A stretch of 64,000 bases of DNA from positions 1,628 through 65,627 of the forward strand of contig DASVDO010000009.1 of the NCBI GenBank assembly GCA_036381055.1, read 5' to 3'. This document shows, piece by piece, positions 50,862-61,435 of this stretch. The notes under the pieces are model-generated. The model made no database searches. It was given only the letters and a program-made list of their open reading frames with translations, and was not told the origin of the DNA. Numbering within the stretch: position 1 is the stretch's first letter; every line of letters starts with the position of its first letter. The DNA comes from Burkholderiales bacterium. Lineage in GTDB: Bacteria; Pseudomonadota; Gammaproteobacteria; Burkholderiales; SG8-39. Both the position numbers and the translations under genes were made by a program.

Positions 50862-51610
50862 CCCCGGCCGATGAACGGCATCTTGGTGGCCATGATGGTC
50901 ATGAACTGCACGTTCGCGTCGAGCGGCAGGTTGGCCATGTAGAGCACCGCGGTGCCGACGTGCTTCACGTCCATGCGCGGCTCGACCATGGTCTGGCCGT
51001 TCGCCTGCAGCACGCCCTTGGTCATGCGCTCGGTCATCTCGGTGGCGGCGTTGCCGATGTCGATCTGGCCGCAGGCGATGTCGTACTTGCGGCAGTCGAG
51101 CGAGATCGACTTGGTGAGGCCGGTCACCGCGTGCTTGGTCGCGGTGTAGGCGACGGTGTTCGGCCGGGGCGCGTGCGCCGAGATCGAGCCGTTGTTGATG
51201 ATGCGGCCGCCGCGCGGCTCCTGCGCCTTCATGATCCTGATCGCCTCCTGCGAGCACATGAACATCGCCGTGAGGTTGAGGTCGACCACCGCGCGCCAGG
51301 TCTCGAGCGGCAGGTCCTCGAGCGGCACCGCGGGCGCGCCCATGCCGGCGTTGTTGAACAGCACGTCGAGCCGGCCCCATTCGCTCTTCACCTTGGCGAA
51401 GACCTCTTTCACGAACTCGGGCCGGGTGATGTCGCCGGGGAGCACCAGCGTGCGCTCCTTCGCGCCCGCGGCGGCGGCGGTCTTCTCCAGCTCTTCCTTG
51501 CGCCGCGCGACCAGCGCGACGTGATAGCCGTCGCCGGCGAGGGCGAGCGCGGCGGCGCGGCCGATGCCGGCGCTCGCGCCGGTGACCAGGGCGACTCTCT
51601 TCTGCGTCAT
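50858..51610 (-). CDS. Short-chain dehydrogenase/reductase (SDR)
   Basis: [14 protein letters not shown], and YTATKHAV (YxxxK). Stop overlaps the soxX ATG (ATGA). Confidence 0.9.
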   Translation of the reverse strand: MTQKRVALVTGASAGIGRAAALALAGDGYHVALVARRKEELEKTAAAAGAKERTLVLPGDITRPEFVKEVFAKVKSEWGRLDVLFNNAGMGAPAVPLEDLPLETWRAVVDLNLTAMFMCSQEAIRIMKAQEPRGGRIINNGSISAHAPRPNTVAYTATKHAVTGLTKSISLDCRKYDIACGQIDIGNAATEMTERMTKGVLQANGQTMVEPRMDVKHVGTAVLYMANLPLDANVQFMTIMATKMPFIGRG

Positions 51611-51652
51611 AGCGTTTTCTCCACGGTTTGCAGGGTATGTTAACGGCCGGCG

Positions 51653-52273
51653 ATGCCCTTCTGCCTCTTCGTTTCGTGCGACTCGGGCGACCCGGCCGCG
51701 GCCCGCCGCGCGCTCTCCGGCGCGCGCGCCGCCGAGCGGCTGCTCGTCCATGCCCCGGCGGCGGCGCGCGACCCGTTCCTGGGCGGCGGCGACCGCGCGC
51801 CGGCGCTCGTCGTGCAGGCGTACTTCGCCGGCCTGGACGAGCTGCAGGCGGCGCTCCCGGCGCTGCAGGAGAGCCTGCCCCTGCCGGCGAGCTGCGAGGC
51901 GATGGCGGTGCGCCGCTTCGCGGTGCCGCAGCCCGGCGCCGGCGGCTGCTCGTATCTCGTTCGCTATGCCGGGCCGGCGGACGATCCGGCGGCCTGGCAT
52001 GCGCACTACCTGGAGCACCACGCGCCGCTGATGGCCGCTCTGCCCGGCATCCGCGAGCTGGAGGTGTACCTGCCGCTCGACTGGGACGCGCCGGCGGGGC
52101 CGTGGCGGGCGGTGCGCTCGCTGCAGCGAAACAAGGTGGCGTTCGACGGCCCGGGCGCGCTCGAGGCCGCGCTCGCCTCCCCGGTGCGTGCGAAGATGCG
52201 CGCCGATTTCGCCGCCTTTCCGGCCTACCGCGGAGAGGTCAGCCACTTGCCGATGCTATCGTTCGAGCCATGA
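51653..52273 (+). CDS. EthD-like (dimeric alpha/beta-barrel) tandem-domain protein
   Basis: Second half [37 protein letters not shown]...NKVAFD resembles the EthD family. Weaker first half. Confidence 0.5.
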   Translation: MPFCLFVSCDSGDPAAARRALSGARAAERLLVHAPAAARDPFLGGGDRAPALVVQAYFAGLDELQAALPALQESLPLPASCEAMAVRRFAVPQPGAGGCSYLVRYAGPADDPAAWHAHYLEHHAPLMAALPGIRELEVYLPLDWDAPAGPWRAVRSLQRNKVAFDGPGALEAALASPVRAKMRADFAAFPAYRGEVSHLPMLSFEP

Positions 52274-53472
52274 GCAAAGAGATGAAGCTCCTCGCGCAGC
52301 ACACCCTGAACGGCTACGGCGGCATGGGCGAAGGCATGTCGCTGCAGGTGAAAAACGGCCGGCGGATCCTGTGGCTCGCGCACGAGAGCGCGCCGAAGAA
52401 CTTCACCGCGGTCGACGTCACCGAGCCGCGCAAGCCGAAGGTGATCGTGCAGACCGACCTGCCGCACGACAAGATGCGCTCCAACTCGCTGGAGTGCTCC
52501 GGCGACCTGATGGCGGTCGCCTACCAGGTGTCGACGCCCGGCCTGAAGCCCGCGGGCTTCGAGCTGTTCGACATCAGCGACCCGGAGAAGCCGCGCTCGG
52601 TGTCGTTCTTCGACGCCTCCGGCCCGCACTCGCGCGGCTGCCACCAGCTCTGGTTCGTCGACGGCGAGACGGTGCACATGTCGTGCGGCGACCCGGACCT
52701 CGTGCCGCGCGACCCGAAGGACGACCAGGTCTACCGCATCGTCGACGTGCGCAACCCTTCGAAGCCGACCGCGCTCGGGCGCTGGCACCTGCCGGGCACC
52801 ATGCAAGGCGACAGCGCGCCGCCGCCGCAGCGCCTGCCGGCGCGGTTCGACGCCGGGTTCCGCGCGCACAACACCAACGTCTATCCGCAGCGCCCCGACC
52901 GCTGCTACCTCGGCTACATCGACGGCGGCATCATGATCCTCGACATCTCGGACAAGGCGCATCCGACGCTGGTGTCGCGCTGGACCAACTCGCCGCCCTA
53001 CAACGGCTTCAACCACACGGTGCTGCCGCTGTTCGACCGCGGGCTGCTGCTGGTCACCGACGAGTGCGTGCAGAAGGACGGCGCCGACTGGCCGAAGCTG
53101 GTGTGGCTGATCGACGCGCGCGACGAGAGGAACCTGGTGAGCATCGGCACGCTGCCGGTGAGCGGCGTCAAGCCGATGCTCCGGCGCGGCGGCCGCTGCG
53201 GCGCGCACAACCTGCACGAGAACCCGCCGGCGAAGGGCGTCTGGCGCTCCGAGGACATCGTGCTCGGCACCTTCTTCAACGCCGGCGTGCGCGCCTACGA
53301 CATCCGCGACCCGCTCGAGCCCAGGGAAATCGCCGCCTTCGTGCCCCCCGCGCCCGAAGGCTCGCCGGTCGGCGCGCCGCAGATCAACGACGTGCTGGTC
53401 GACGACCGCGGCGTCGTGTTCGCGGTCGACCGCCACACCGGCGGCCTGTACGCGCTCGAGCTCTCGCTTTAA
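52270..53472 (+). CDS. LVIVD-repeat beta-propeller protein
   Basis: Four h-h-D-h-S/R-D/N-P-x-x-P repeats (FELFDISDPEKP, YRIVDVRNPSKP, IMILDISDKAHP, VRAYDIRDPLEP). ATGA overlap with the upstream gene. Confidence 0.75.
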   Translation: MSKEMKLLAQHTLNGYGGMGEGMSLQVKNGRRILWLAHESAPKNFTAVDVTEPRKPKVIVQTDLPHDKMRSNSLECSGDLMAVAYQVSTPGLKPAGFELFDISDPEKPRSVSFFDASGPHSRGCHQLWFVDGETVHMSCGDPDLVPRDPKDDQVYRIVDVRNPSKPTALGRWHLPGTMQGDSAPPPQRLPARFDAGFRAHNTNVYPQRPDRCYLGYIDGGIMILDISDKAHPTLVSRWTNSPPYNGFNHTVLPLFDRGLLLVTDECVQKDGADWPKLVWLIDARDERNLVSIGTLPVSGVKPMLRRGGRCGAHNLHENPPAKGVWRSEDIVLGTFFNAGVRAYDIRDPLEPREIAAFVPPAPEGSPVGAPQINDVLVDDRGVVFAVDRHTGGLYALELSL

Positions 53473-53494
53473 TTCGGGGTCAGGGTCGTAATTC
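53470..53494. repeat. ATTCGGGG-family element (near-identical to 16547-16572)
   Basis: TAATTCGGGGTCAGGGTCGTAATTC. The first 3 nt are the stop codon of the LVIVD gene. Confidence 0.8.
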
Positions 53495-53576
53495 TCCGCG
53501 CGCCCGCGCCCGGCGCGGCGCCATTGACCGATAAATTCCGGGCGCCGAGAATCGACCGGTCAACGGAGGTATCGCG

Positions 53577-53948
53577 ATGAAGCCCAAGCAACACCTCGAA
53601 TTCGTCAAGGTCGACATGAACAGCGGCTGGGAGCGGCCGCCCGGCTATCCGCCCGGCTTCTACCAGAAGATCCTCGCTTCCGACCTCGACGAGCAGGCGA
53701 AGCGCGGCAGCCGCACGCGGCTGCTGAAGATCGAGCCGGGCGCGTACTCCACCGAGCCGTTCGTGCACGACCACTGGGAGGAGGTGTACGTGGTGGAAGG
53801 CGACCTGATCGTCGGCAACGACGCGCAGGGGCGCGGCGGCGAGCAGTGCTTCGCCGCCACCTACGCCTGCCGGCCGCCCGGCGTGAAGCACGGGCCGTTC
53901 ACCACGAAGGGCGGCTGCATCCTGTACGAGATCCACTACTATGCTTAG
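53577..53948 (+). CDS. Small cupin-domain protein
   Basis: 123 aa; FVHDHWEEVYVVEGDL (HxH..E) and PPGVKHGPF. GGAGG RBS. Confidence 0.75.
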   Translation: MKPKQHLEFVKVDMNSGWERPPGYPPGFYQKILASDLDEQAKRGSRTRLLKIEPGAYSTEPFVHDHWEEVYVVEGDLIVGNDAQGRGGEQCFAATYACRPPGVKHGPFTTKGGCILYEIHYYA

Positions 53949-55422
53949 GACCGGCGCCGAGCACCTGGAGCGGCTGCGCGACGGGCGCGTGGTCTACATC
54001 GGCGCCGAGCGCGTCGACGACGTGACCGCGCACCCCGCGTTCCGCAACGCGGCGCGCTCGATCGCCGCGATCTACGACATGAAGCGCGCCGACCCGGAGC
54101 TCGCCTACAGCGAGGGCGGCGAGCGCTACAGCAATTATTTCCTCAGGGCGAAAACCAAAGAGGACCTCGCCCGGCGCACCGCGCTGCACCGCGCGATCGC
54201 GACGATGAGCCACGGCCTGCTCGGCCGCTCGCCCGACCACGTGGCGAGCTTCGTCACCGGCATGGCGATGAATCCGGCGGCGTTCGGCAAGTACGCCGAG
54301 CACATCGTGCGCTACTACGAGCACATGCGCCGCAACGACGTCTACGCGGCCTACGCCGTGGTGCCGCCGCAGGCGGCGCGCAACCCGGAGTTCTACGTCA
54401 AGCAGAACCTGCCGGTGCCGACGCTGCGCGTGGTGCGCGAGGACGACGACGGCCTGGTGATCTCCGGGATGAAGATGCTCGCCACCGGCGCGGTGTTCGC
54501 CGACGAGATCTGGATCGGCAACCTGATCCCGCTCGCGCCCAACCAGCTCCCCGAGTCGGTGACCTGCGCCGTGCCGGTCAACGCGCCCGGCCTCACGCTC
54601 TGGTCGCGCAAGGCCTTCGAGCGCGAGGCGACGAGCGAGTTCGACAGCCCGCTCGCCTGGCGCTTCGACGAGACCGACTCGATGGTGATGTGCGACAGCG
54701 TCAAGGTGCCCTGGGAGCGCGTGTTCGTGCACATGGACGCGGTGCTCGCGCGCGACATCTACATCAAGACGCCCGGCCACTGCTACGGCAACCACCAGTC
54801 GAACGTGCGCTTCCACGCCAAGATGCAGCTGATCGTCGGCCTGGCGAGCCGCATCGCGCAGGCCTCCGGGGCGCACGAGATTCCCGCCGTCAAGGAGGTG
54901 CTGGGACGCTTCGCGGCGCTCGAGGCGACGCTCGGCGGCATGATCGCCGGGCAGATCCAGGACGCCGAGGACTGGCCGGAGGGCTGGAAGACCTTCAACC
55001 GCCGCTACATGTACGCGGCGCTCAACTGGTGCACCGAGAGCCACTCGTCGATCATCGAGGCGCTGCGCGAGCTGTGCGGCGGCGGCGTGTTCCAGATGCC
55101 CGCCGACGTGAGCGTGATGCACGACGCCAGGCTGCGCGCGCAGTTCGAGCAGTACTGGCAGACGCCGCAGCTTCCGGCGCTCGAGCGCATGAAGCTCTAC
55201 AAGCTCGCCTGGGACCTGATCGGCTCGGAGTTCGCCGGCCGGCACCTGCAGTACGAGAAATTCTACGCCGGCGCCTCGTTCATCATCCGCAACCACAACT
55301 TCCGCGAGGCGCCCTGGGCGCACTTCCACAAGGTGGTCGCCGACGCCATGGCCGGCTACGACGTACCCGAAAAACAGGGACAGACCACGTTTTCCCGCAC
55401 GGCAGCGACGGTCGGCAAATGA
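53941..55422 (+). CDS. 4-hydroxyphenylacetate 3-monooxygenase oxygenase-component family (HpaB-like, two-component flavin monooxygenase)
   Basis: GAEHLERLRDGRVVYIGAERVDDVTAHPAFRN N-terminus and HpaB-like length. The C-terminal 19 codons run through a copy of the 24-nt repeat (55370-55393). Confidence 0.8.
   Translation: MLRTGAEHLERLRDGRVVYIGAERVDDVTAHPAFRNAARSIAAIYDMKRADPELAYSEGGERYSNYFLRAKTKEDLARRTALHRAIATMSHGLLGRSPDHVASFVTGMAMNPAAFGKYAEHIVRYYEHMRRNDVYAAYAVVPPQAARNPEFYVKQNLPVPTLRVVREDDDGLVISGMKMLATGAVFADEIWIGNLIPLAPNQLPESVTCAVPVNAPGLTLWSRKAFEREATSEFDSPLAWRFDETDSMVMCDSVKVPWERVFVHMDAVLARDIYIKTPGHCYGNHQSNVRFHAKMQLIVGLASRIAQASGAHEIPAVKEVLGRFAALEATLGGMIAGQIQDAEDWPEGWKTFNRRYMYAALNWCTESHSSIIEALRELCGGGVFQMPADVSVMHDARLRAQFEQYWQTPQLPALERMKLYKLAWDLIGSEFAGRHLQYEKFYAGASFIIRNHNFREAPWAHFHKVVADAMAGYDVPEKQGQTTFSRTAATVGK
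55366..55393 (+). repeat. Fourth copy of the CAGGGACAGACCACGTTTT element, embedded in the 3' end of the HpaB-like ORF
   Basis: AAAAACAGGGACAGACCACGTTTT (55370-55393) is 24/24 identical to 22565-22588. Confidence 0.85.
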
Positions 55423-56030
55423 CGCAGGTGAACGCGCTGGTGATCGCCGGCTGGACCGGGCGCGACGAGGCGGCGCTGAGGAAGCACATCCGCGAGCTGG
55501 AAGCGCTGGGCGTCAAGCCGCCGAAGACGACGCCGATCTTCTATCGCGTCGCCGCCGCGCTTTTCACCCACGCTTCCGCGATCCAGGTGTCGGGACCCGA
55601 CACGAGCGGCGAGGTGGAGTTCGTCCTGTTGCAGGGCGAAGACGGCCTGCGCGTCGCCGTCGGCTCGGACCATACCGACCGCAAGGCCGAGACCGTGGGC
55701 GTCACGCTTTCCAAGCAGCTCTGCGCGAAGCCGGTGTCGAGCGAGTCGTGGCGCTACGACGAGGTGAAGCCGCACTGGGAGAAGCTGGTGCTGCGCTCCT
55801 GGGCCGACGGCGAGCTCTACCAGGAAGGCAGCGTCGCCGCGATGCGCTCTCCGGAAGACCTGCTCGCGCGCCATCCGCTGCAGCCCGGCTGGGCGATGTT
55901 CGGCGGCACGCTCGCCGCGAAGGGCGGCATTCGCCCGGCGAAGGTGTTCCGCATGGAGCTCGAGGACCCGGTGCGAAAGCGCAGGCTCTCGCACGAGTAC
56001 CGCATCGAGGCGCTGCCGGTCGAGGGCTGA
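55419..56030 (+). CDS. DUF2848-like protein
   Basis: 203 aa; AGWTGRD...H..EL..LGV..P...P.FY pattern. ATGA overlap with the HpaB-like gene. Confidence 0.6.
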   Translation: MTQVNALVIAGWTGRDEAALRKHIRELEALGVKPPKTTPIFYRVAAALFTHASAIQVSGPDTSGEVEFVLLQGEDGLRVAVGSDHTDRKAETVGVTLSKQLCAKPVSSESWRYDEVKPHWEKLVLRSWADGELYQEGSVAAMRSPEDLLARHPLQPGWAMFGGTLAAKGGIRPAKVFRMELEDPVRKRRLSHEYRIEALPVEG

Positions 56031-56446
56031 TGGATTTCGAGAAGCTGGTCGCGGCGGCGGGCGACGCCATCGTCGTCGCCGACCCGCAGGGCAGGATCCT
56101 CGTGTGGAACCCGGCGGCGGAGCGCCTCTTCGGCTTCACGGCCGACGAGGCGCTCGGCCGCTCGCTCGACCTCATCATTCCGGAGCGCTTCCGCCAGCGG
56201 CACTGGGAGGGCTACGAGAAGGTGATGCGCTCCGGCGAGACGCGCTACGGCGACCAGGTGCTGCGCGTGCCGGCGCTGCGCAAGGACGGGCGGCCACTCT
56301 CGATCGCCTTCACCGTGGCGCTGCTCAAGGACGCGAACGGGCGCGTCGAGTCGATCGCCGCGATTGTGCGCGACGACACGGAGCGCTGGAACGAGGAGCG
56401 TAACCTTAAGAAACGGCTGGCCGAGCTGGAAGGCCGGACGAAGTAG
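56030..56446 (+). CDS. Stand-alone PAS-domain protein
   Basis: 138 aa; DAIVVADPQGRILVWNPAAERLFGFTADEALGRSLDLIIP...RKDGRPLSIAFTV is a typical PAS fold pattern. TGATG junction. Confidence 0.8.
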   Translation: MDFEKLVAAAGDAIVVADPQGRILVWNPAAERLFGFTADEALGRSLDLIIPERFRQRHWEGYEKVMRSGETRYGDQVLRVPALRKDGRPLSIAFTVALLKDANGRVESIAAIVRDDTERWNEERNLKKRLAELEGRTK

Positions 56447-56508
56447 CGGCAATCCAAATTTGAAAATGGGGCGGGCAGCCGGGGAGCTGCACATCACAAG
56501 GGAGAACT

Positions 56509-56876
56509 ATGCTTGGAAGGGCGGCAATGGCGGCGACCTGGGTCGTCGCGCTGGCAAGCGGTTGTGCTACGTCTATCGCAACGAAACCCTGGGCGCGGCG
56601 ATCAAGATGCCGGTGGCCCTCGACGGCAAGCTGGTGGGCGACACTGCGGCGAAAACCGACCTCCTGCTCGAGGTCGATCCCGGCCCGCATACCGTGGTGT
56701 CCAAGACCGAGAACGGCTCGGCGGTCACGGTGAATGCCGTGGCCGGCCGCAACTACTTCCTCTGGCAGGAAGTGAAGCTGGGACTGATATCGGCACGCTC
56801 GAACCTGCAGGAAGTGGACGAGGCGACAGGCAGGGCCGGCGTGGCGGAGTGCAGGTTGATCCAGCCGCCGAGCTGA
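56509..56876 (+). pseudogene. DUF2846-like lipoprotein gene with an apparent frameshift just after the lipobox
   Basis: ATG 56509 (GGGAGA RBS) encodes MLGRAAMAATWVVALASGC (lipobox) in one frame. The DUF2846-like body (CYVYRNETLGAAIKMPVALDGKLVGD...ECRLI, to stop 56874-56876) is in the frame displaced by one nucleotide. The frames switch around 56560-56575. Confidence 0.55.
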
Positions 56877-56898
56877 TTCGGGCTCCGTCCCCGAATCA
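56874..56898. repeat. ATTCGGGG-family perfect hairpin spanning stop codon to stop codon (possible bidirectional terminator)
   Basis: TGATTCGGG-ctccgtc-CCCGAATCA. TGA is the stop of the + gene and TCA is the stop of the - gene. Confidence 0.8.
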
Positions 56899-57753
56899 GC
56901 GCTTCATCACGAGGACGAGGGCGACGAGGACGAGCGCGGCGCCGGCGAGCATGGTAAGGGTCACCGTCTCGCCGAGGAACAGCCAGCCCCACAGGATGCC
57001 GAGCGCCGGCACGGTCAGGCCGACGGTGAGCGTGCGCGTCGGGCCGATGTCGCGCACCAGGGTGAAGAAGGGCACGTAGGCGACCCCGGAGCAGAGCAGC
57101 CCGAGCGCGACCAGCGCGACGGTCGCCTCGGCGCTCCAGAGCTCGGGCGAAGGCAGGCCCGCCCAGGCGGGCGAGAGGATCAGCGCCGAGAAGGCGACCG
57201 AGCCGCTGGCGAGCCCGAGGGAGGAGACGCGCCCGGTGCGCTGGCGGATCACCACGCCGGCCCAGCCCCAGAAGAACGCGCCCGCCATGCCGGCGAGCGC
57301 GGCGAGCACGGTCAGCGGCGTGACCTCGATCGGCCCGAGCCGCACCATCAGCGCCACGCCGGCGATGCCCAGCAGGAAGCCGGCGACGCGCGGCGCGCCG
57401 AGCCGCTCGCCGAGCACCGGCGCGGCGATGATGCCGCTCCAGAGCGGCACCATGCCGTTCAACACCGCCAGGTAGCCCGCCGGCAGCACGCTCGCCGCCC
57501 AGGCAAAGCAGACGAACGGCAGCACGTTGTTCACCAGGCTGACCACGAGGTGGTCGCGCCAGTGCGCGCCCAGGCCGATCGCCTGGCGCGCCACGTACAC
57601 CGTCCACGGCACGAGGAACAGCGCCGAGAAGAGCGAGCGCGACTCGGCGACGATGGCGGTGCCGAACAGCGGCACCGCCAGGCGCATCAGGATGTACTGC
57701 ATCGACCAGAGGGTGGCGAGCAGCAGCCACCGCCCGGCGTCGTATGCGCGCAC
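56896..57753 (-). CDS. EamA/DMT-family transporter
   Basis: 285 aa, 10 hydrophobic segments, two EamA-like halves. Confidence 0.85.
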   Translation of the reverse strand: MRAYDAGRWLLLATLWSMQYILMRLAVPLFGTAIVAESRSLFSALFLVPWTVYVARQAIGLGAHWRDHLVVSLVNNVLPFVCFAWAASVLPAGYLAVLNGMVPLWSGIIAAPVLGERLGAPRVAGFLLGIAGVALMVRLGPIEVTPLTVLAALAGMAGAFFWGWAGVVIRQRTGRVSSLGLASGSVAFSALILSPAWAGLPSPELWSAEATVALVALGLLCSGVAYVPFFTLVRDIGPTRTLTVGLTVPALGILWGWLFLGETVTLTMLAGAALVLVALVLVMKR

Positions 57754-57756
57754 TTC

Positions 57757-58740
<984 letters not shown>

Positions 58741-58751
58741 GGCTTGTCCTC

Positions 58752-60113
58752 CTAGAACAGATCGAAGTATTCGCGGTGCTCCCAGTCGCTCACCTCGAGT
58801 TCGAAGCGGGCGATCTCGGCCTGCTTGATCCGGCAGTAATAGTCGACGAACGCCTCTCCGAGGCCCTCGCGCAGCACGCGGTCCTCGCGCAGCGCGGCGA
58901 GCGCCTCGCCGAGCGTGCGCGGCAGCGGCTCGGCCTTCGCCTCGTAGGGCGCGTCCGCCGAGGGCGAAAGCGGCAGCCGGCGCTCCAGGCCGTCCTGCCC
59001 GGCGTGGATCTGCGAGGCGAAATAGAGGTACGGGTTCGCCGCCGGCTCGCCGATGCGGTTCTCGATGCGCGTGCCGGGGCTGCCCGGCGCGCCGATCACG
59101 CGCAGCAGCGCGCCGCGGTTCTCCTTGCCCCAGACGATGCGGTCGGGCGCGAGCGAGTAGGGGCGGTAGCGCTTGTAGCCGTTCAGGGTCGGCGCGGCGA
59201 GGGCGCAGCAGCCGCGCGCATGCGCGAGCAGCCCGGCGAGCCAGTGCTTTCCGATTTCGGAAAGATCCTCGCTTGCCGAGACGAACGCGTTCTTGCCGTT
59301 CCGGGAAAGCGATTGGTGAAGGTGCCAGCCGCTCGACATGACGTTGGGCAGCTTCGGCCGGCACATGAACGTCGCGTGGTAGCCGTGGCGCCGCGCCACC
59401 TGCTTGACCGCGCTGCGCAGCAGCACCATCGCGTCGGCCGCCGCGAGGCCGCCGAGCGGCGCGAGCGTCAGCTCGAGCTGGCTCGGGCCGAACTCGATCT
59501 CGAACGAGCGCAGCGGGAGCTGCAGCGCGTCCAGGTTCTTCCTCAGCACCTCGACGACCGGCTCGAGCTGGTCGTAGCGCTGCTCGGTGAGGTACTGGTA
59601 GCCGGTGGTGAGCAGCTCGACCTCCGGCGGGCTGCCCGGCTGGCCGGCGTCGGCGGGCGAGAGCTTCGCGTCGACGATGCGGAAGACGTGGAACTCGACC
59701 TCCAGCCCGGCGACGAACTCGCCGTCGAGCTTCTCCAGCGCGCGGCGCAGCACCGCGCGCGAGTCGTAGGGCAGCGGCCGCCCGTCCTGCAGGCGCAGGT
59801 CGCACAGCACCCAGCCGGTGTCGGCCGCCCACGGCAGCACCCGGAAGGTCGACGGGTCCGGGATCATCAGCACGTCGGCGGCGCCCTGCAGCTCGGGCAT
59901 GCCGACGCCGCCGCCCGGCGTGAACGCCGGGAAGACGGTGCGGTGCGAGGTATCCTTGAGCAGCAGCGTGCTGGTGACGGTGACGCCGCGCTCCAGCGCG
60001 CCCTTCACCTCGGCCGCGGCGAGCGTCTTGCCGCGCAGCACGCCGTGCTGGTCGGCGAAGGAGAAGCGCACGGTCTTCAGCCGCCGTGCTTCGATTTCCG
60101 AGAGCAGGCTCAC
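58752..60113 (-). CDS. Glutamine-synthetase-family enzyme (GS-like / gamma-glutamyl-amine ligase type)
   Basis: 453 aa with a GS catalytic-domain pattern ([52 protein letters not shown]). GTGA overlap with the Rieske gene. Confidence 0.85.
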   Translation of the reverse strand: MSLLSEIEARRLKTVRFSFADQHGVLRGKTLAAAEVKGALERGVTVTSTLLLKDTSHRTVFPAFTPGGGVGMPELQGAADVLMIPDPSTFRVLPWAADTGWVLCDLRLQDGRPLPYDSRAVLRRALEKLDGEFVAGLEVEFHVFRIVDAKLSPADAGQPGSPPEVELLTTGYQYLTEQRYDQLEPVVEVLRKNLDALQLPLRSFEIEFGPSQLELTLAPLGGLAAADAMVLLRSAVKQVARRHGYHATFMCRPKLPNVMSSGWHLHQSLSRNGKNAFVSASEDLSEIGKHWLAGLLAHARGCCALAAPTLNGYKRYRPYSLAPDRIVWGKENRGALLRVIGAPGSPGTRIENRIGEPAANPYLYFASQIHAGQDGLERRLPLSPSADAPYEAKAEPLPRTLGEALAALREDRVLREGLGEAFVDYYCRIKQAEIARFELEVSDWEHREYFDLF

Positions 60114-61414
60114 GCCGACCAGGCTGCCTGGCTGCGGCGCTTCGCGTCGGCCTCTTTCCAGTAGTCGTCCATGCGCGGCGTCGGGCCGATGCCGTCGATG
60201 GCGGGCGGACCTTTCAGCTCGGTGGCCTTCTCCGCGTCGAGCACCATGAGCGGCTTCTCGCCTTTCTCGTTGCGGTTGATCGCGTCGACGAGCAGGCGCC
60301 GGTAGAGCACGATGCCCTTGTCGGTCGTGCCGAGGTGCTCGCGCGTGCGGTCGGCGATGCGGCCCTGAGACTCGCAGGCCCACTGGTCGTGGATGTTGAT
60401 GTCGAAGCCCATGCCGGTGAAGGTCTTCGTCGCCTGCTCGGCCGGGTCGAAACCCCACGAATTGCCGCGATTGAAAATCGGCTTGTAGTCGGGCGCCGGG
60501 TAGGTCTTCAGGCGCTGGTTGCGCATCGTCTCCTTGTCCACCTTGGCGCCGAAGCTGGTGAAGATCGCGTACCAGTAGCAGCCGTAGTCGTCGACCGGGA
60601 CGTGCCATTGCGAGATGGTCATCTCGGCGTTCATCGGGATGACGAACGCCTGCGGGAAGATCACGTTGGTGACGCGGATGTGCGTGTGCGCGTCGCTGAT
60701 GCGGCGCAGCGTCTGCAGCCGCATGCCGTAGTCGGTGCGCTCGACACGGATCTCCGGCCGGTCGAGCTCGCGCAGCACCTTGCTGATCGGCATGTCGCTG
60801 TCGGAAGGCGTGCCGCGGAACTGCCTTCCGTAGCTGGCCGACGGATCCTCGTCCTCGAAGAACTTGTGCAGCCACGAGGCATGCGCGGGATCGATGCCGA
60901 CCTCCAGCGCCTGCAGCCAGTTGCAGTCCCAGTAGCCCTTGAAGGCGAAAGTGTACTCCGGCGGCGCGACGAAGGCGTCGAAGTGCGGGAACGCCGGCGC
61001 CTCGCCTTCGCCGAGGTAGGCGAACAGGATGCCGCTCCTCTCTTGCACCGGGTAGGCGCGCAGGCGCACGTGCTCGCACAGCCGGCTGCCCTCGGGCTCG
61101 GCCGGCGTCTCGAGGCATCTGCCGTCCGTGCCGAACAGCCAGCCGTGGAACGAGCAGCGCAGCCCGCCGTTTTCCAGGCGGCCGTAGGCGAGGTCGGCGC
61201 CGCGATGCGCGCAGTGGCGCTCGACCAGGCCGTAGCGCCCGTCCTGCCTGAAGAGGACGAGATCCTCGCCGAGGAGCCGGACCGCCTTGACCGGCCGCGG
61301 GCCGGTCATCTCGTCCACCAGCGCCACCGGCTGCCAGTAGCGGCGCAGCAGCTTGCCGCACGGCGTGTCGGGCCCGACGCGAGTCATCAGCTCGTTTTGC
61401 GCGGCGGCGATCAT
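60110..61414 (-). CDS. Rieske [2Fe-2S] non-heme-iron oxygenase alpha subunit (paralog of 7324-8607)
   Basis: [25 protein letters not shown] and [19 protein letters not shown]. Confidence 0.9.
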   Translation of the reverse strand: MIAAAQNELMTRVGPDTPCGKLLRRYWQPVALVDEMTGPRPVKAVRLLGEDLVLFRQDGRYGLVERHCAHRGADLAYGRLENGGLRCSFHGWLFGTDGRCLETPAEPEGSRLCEHVRLRAYPVQERSGILFAYLGEGEAPAFPHFDAFVAPPEYTFAFKGYWDCNWLQALEVGIDPAHASWLHKFFEDEDPSASYGRQFRGTPSDSDMPISKVLRELDRPEIRVERTDYGMRLQTLRRISDAHTHIRVTNVIFPQAFVIPMNAEMTISQWHVPVDDYGCYWYAIFTSFGAKVDKETMRNQRLKTYPAPDYKPIFNRGNSWGFDPAEQATKTFTGMGFDINIHDQWACESQGRIADRTREHLGTTDKGIVLYRRLLVDAINRNEKGEKPLMVLDAEKATELKGPPAIDGIGPTPRMDDYWKEADAKRRSQAAWSA

Positions 61415-61435
61415 GGGATCAAAAAGTATAACCGC

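Noticed and set aside
56364-56876. An intact cytoplasmic DUF2846-like protein starting at ATG 56467.
   Set aside because: The residues between that ATG and the CYVYR strand look like non-coding translation. A perfect lipoprotein signal with an RBS sits in the adjacent frame at 56509. A frameshifted lipoprotein gene explains the data better.
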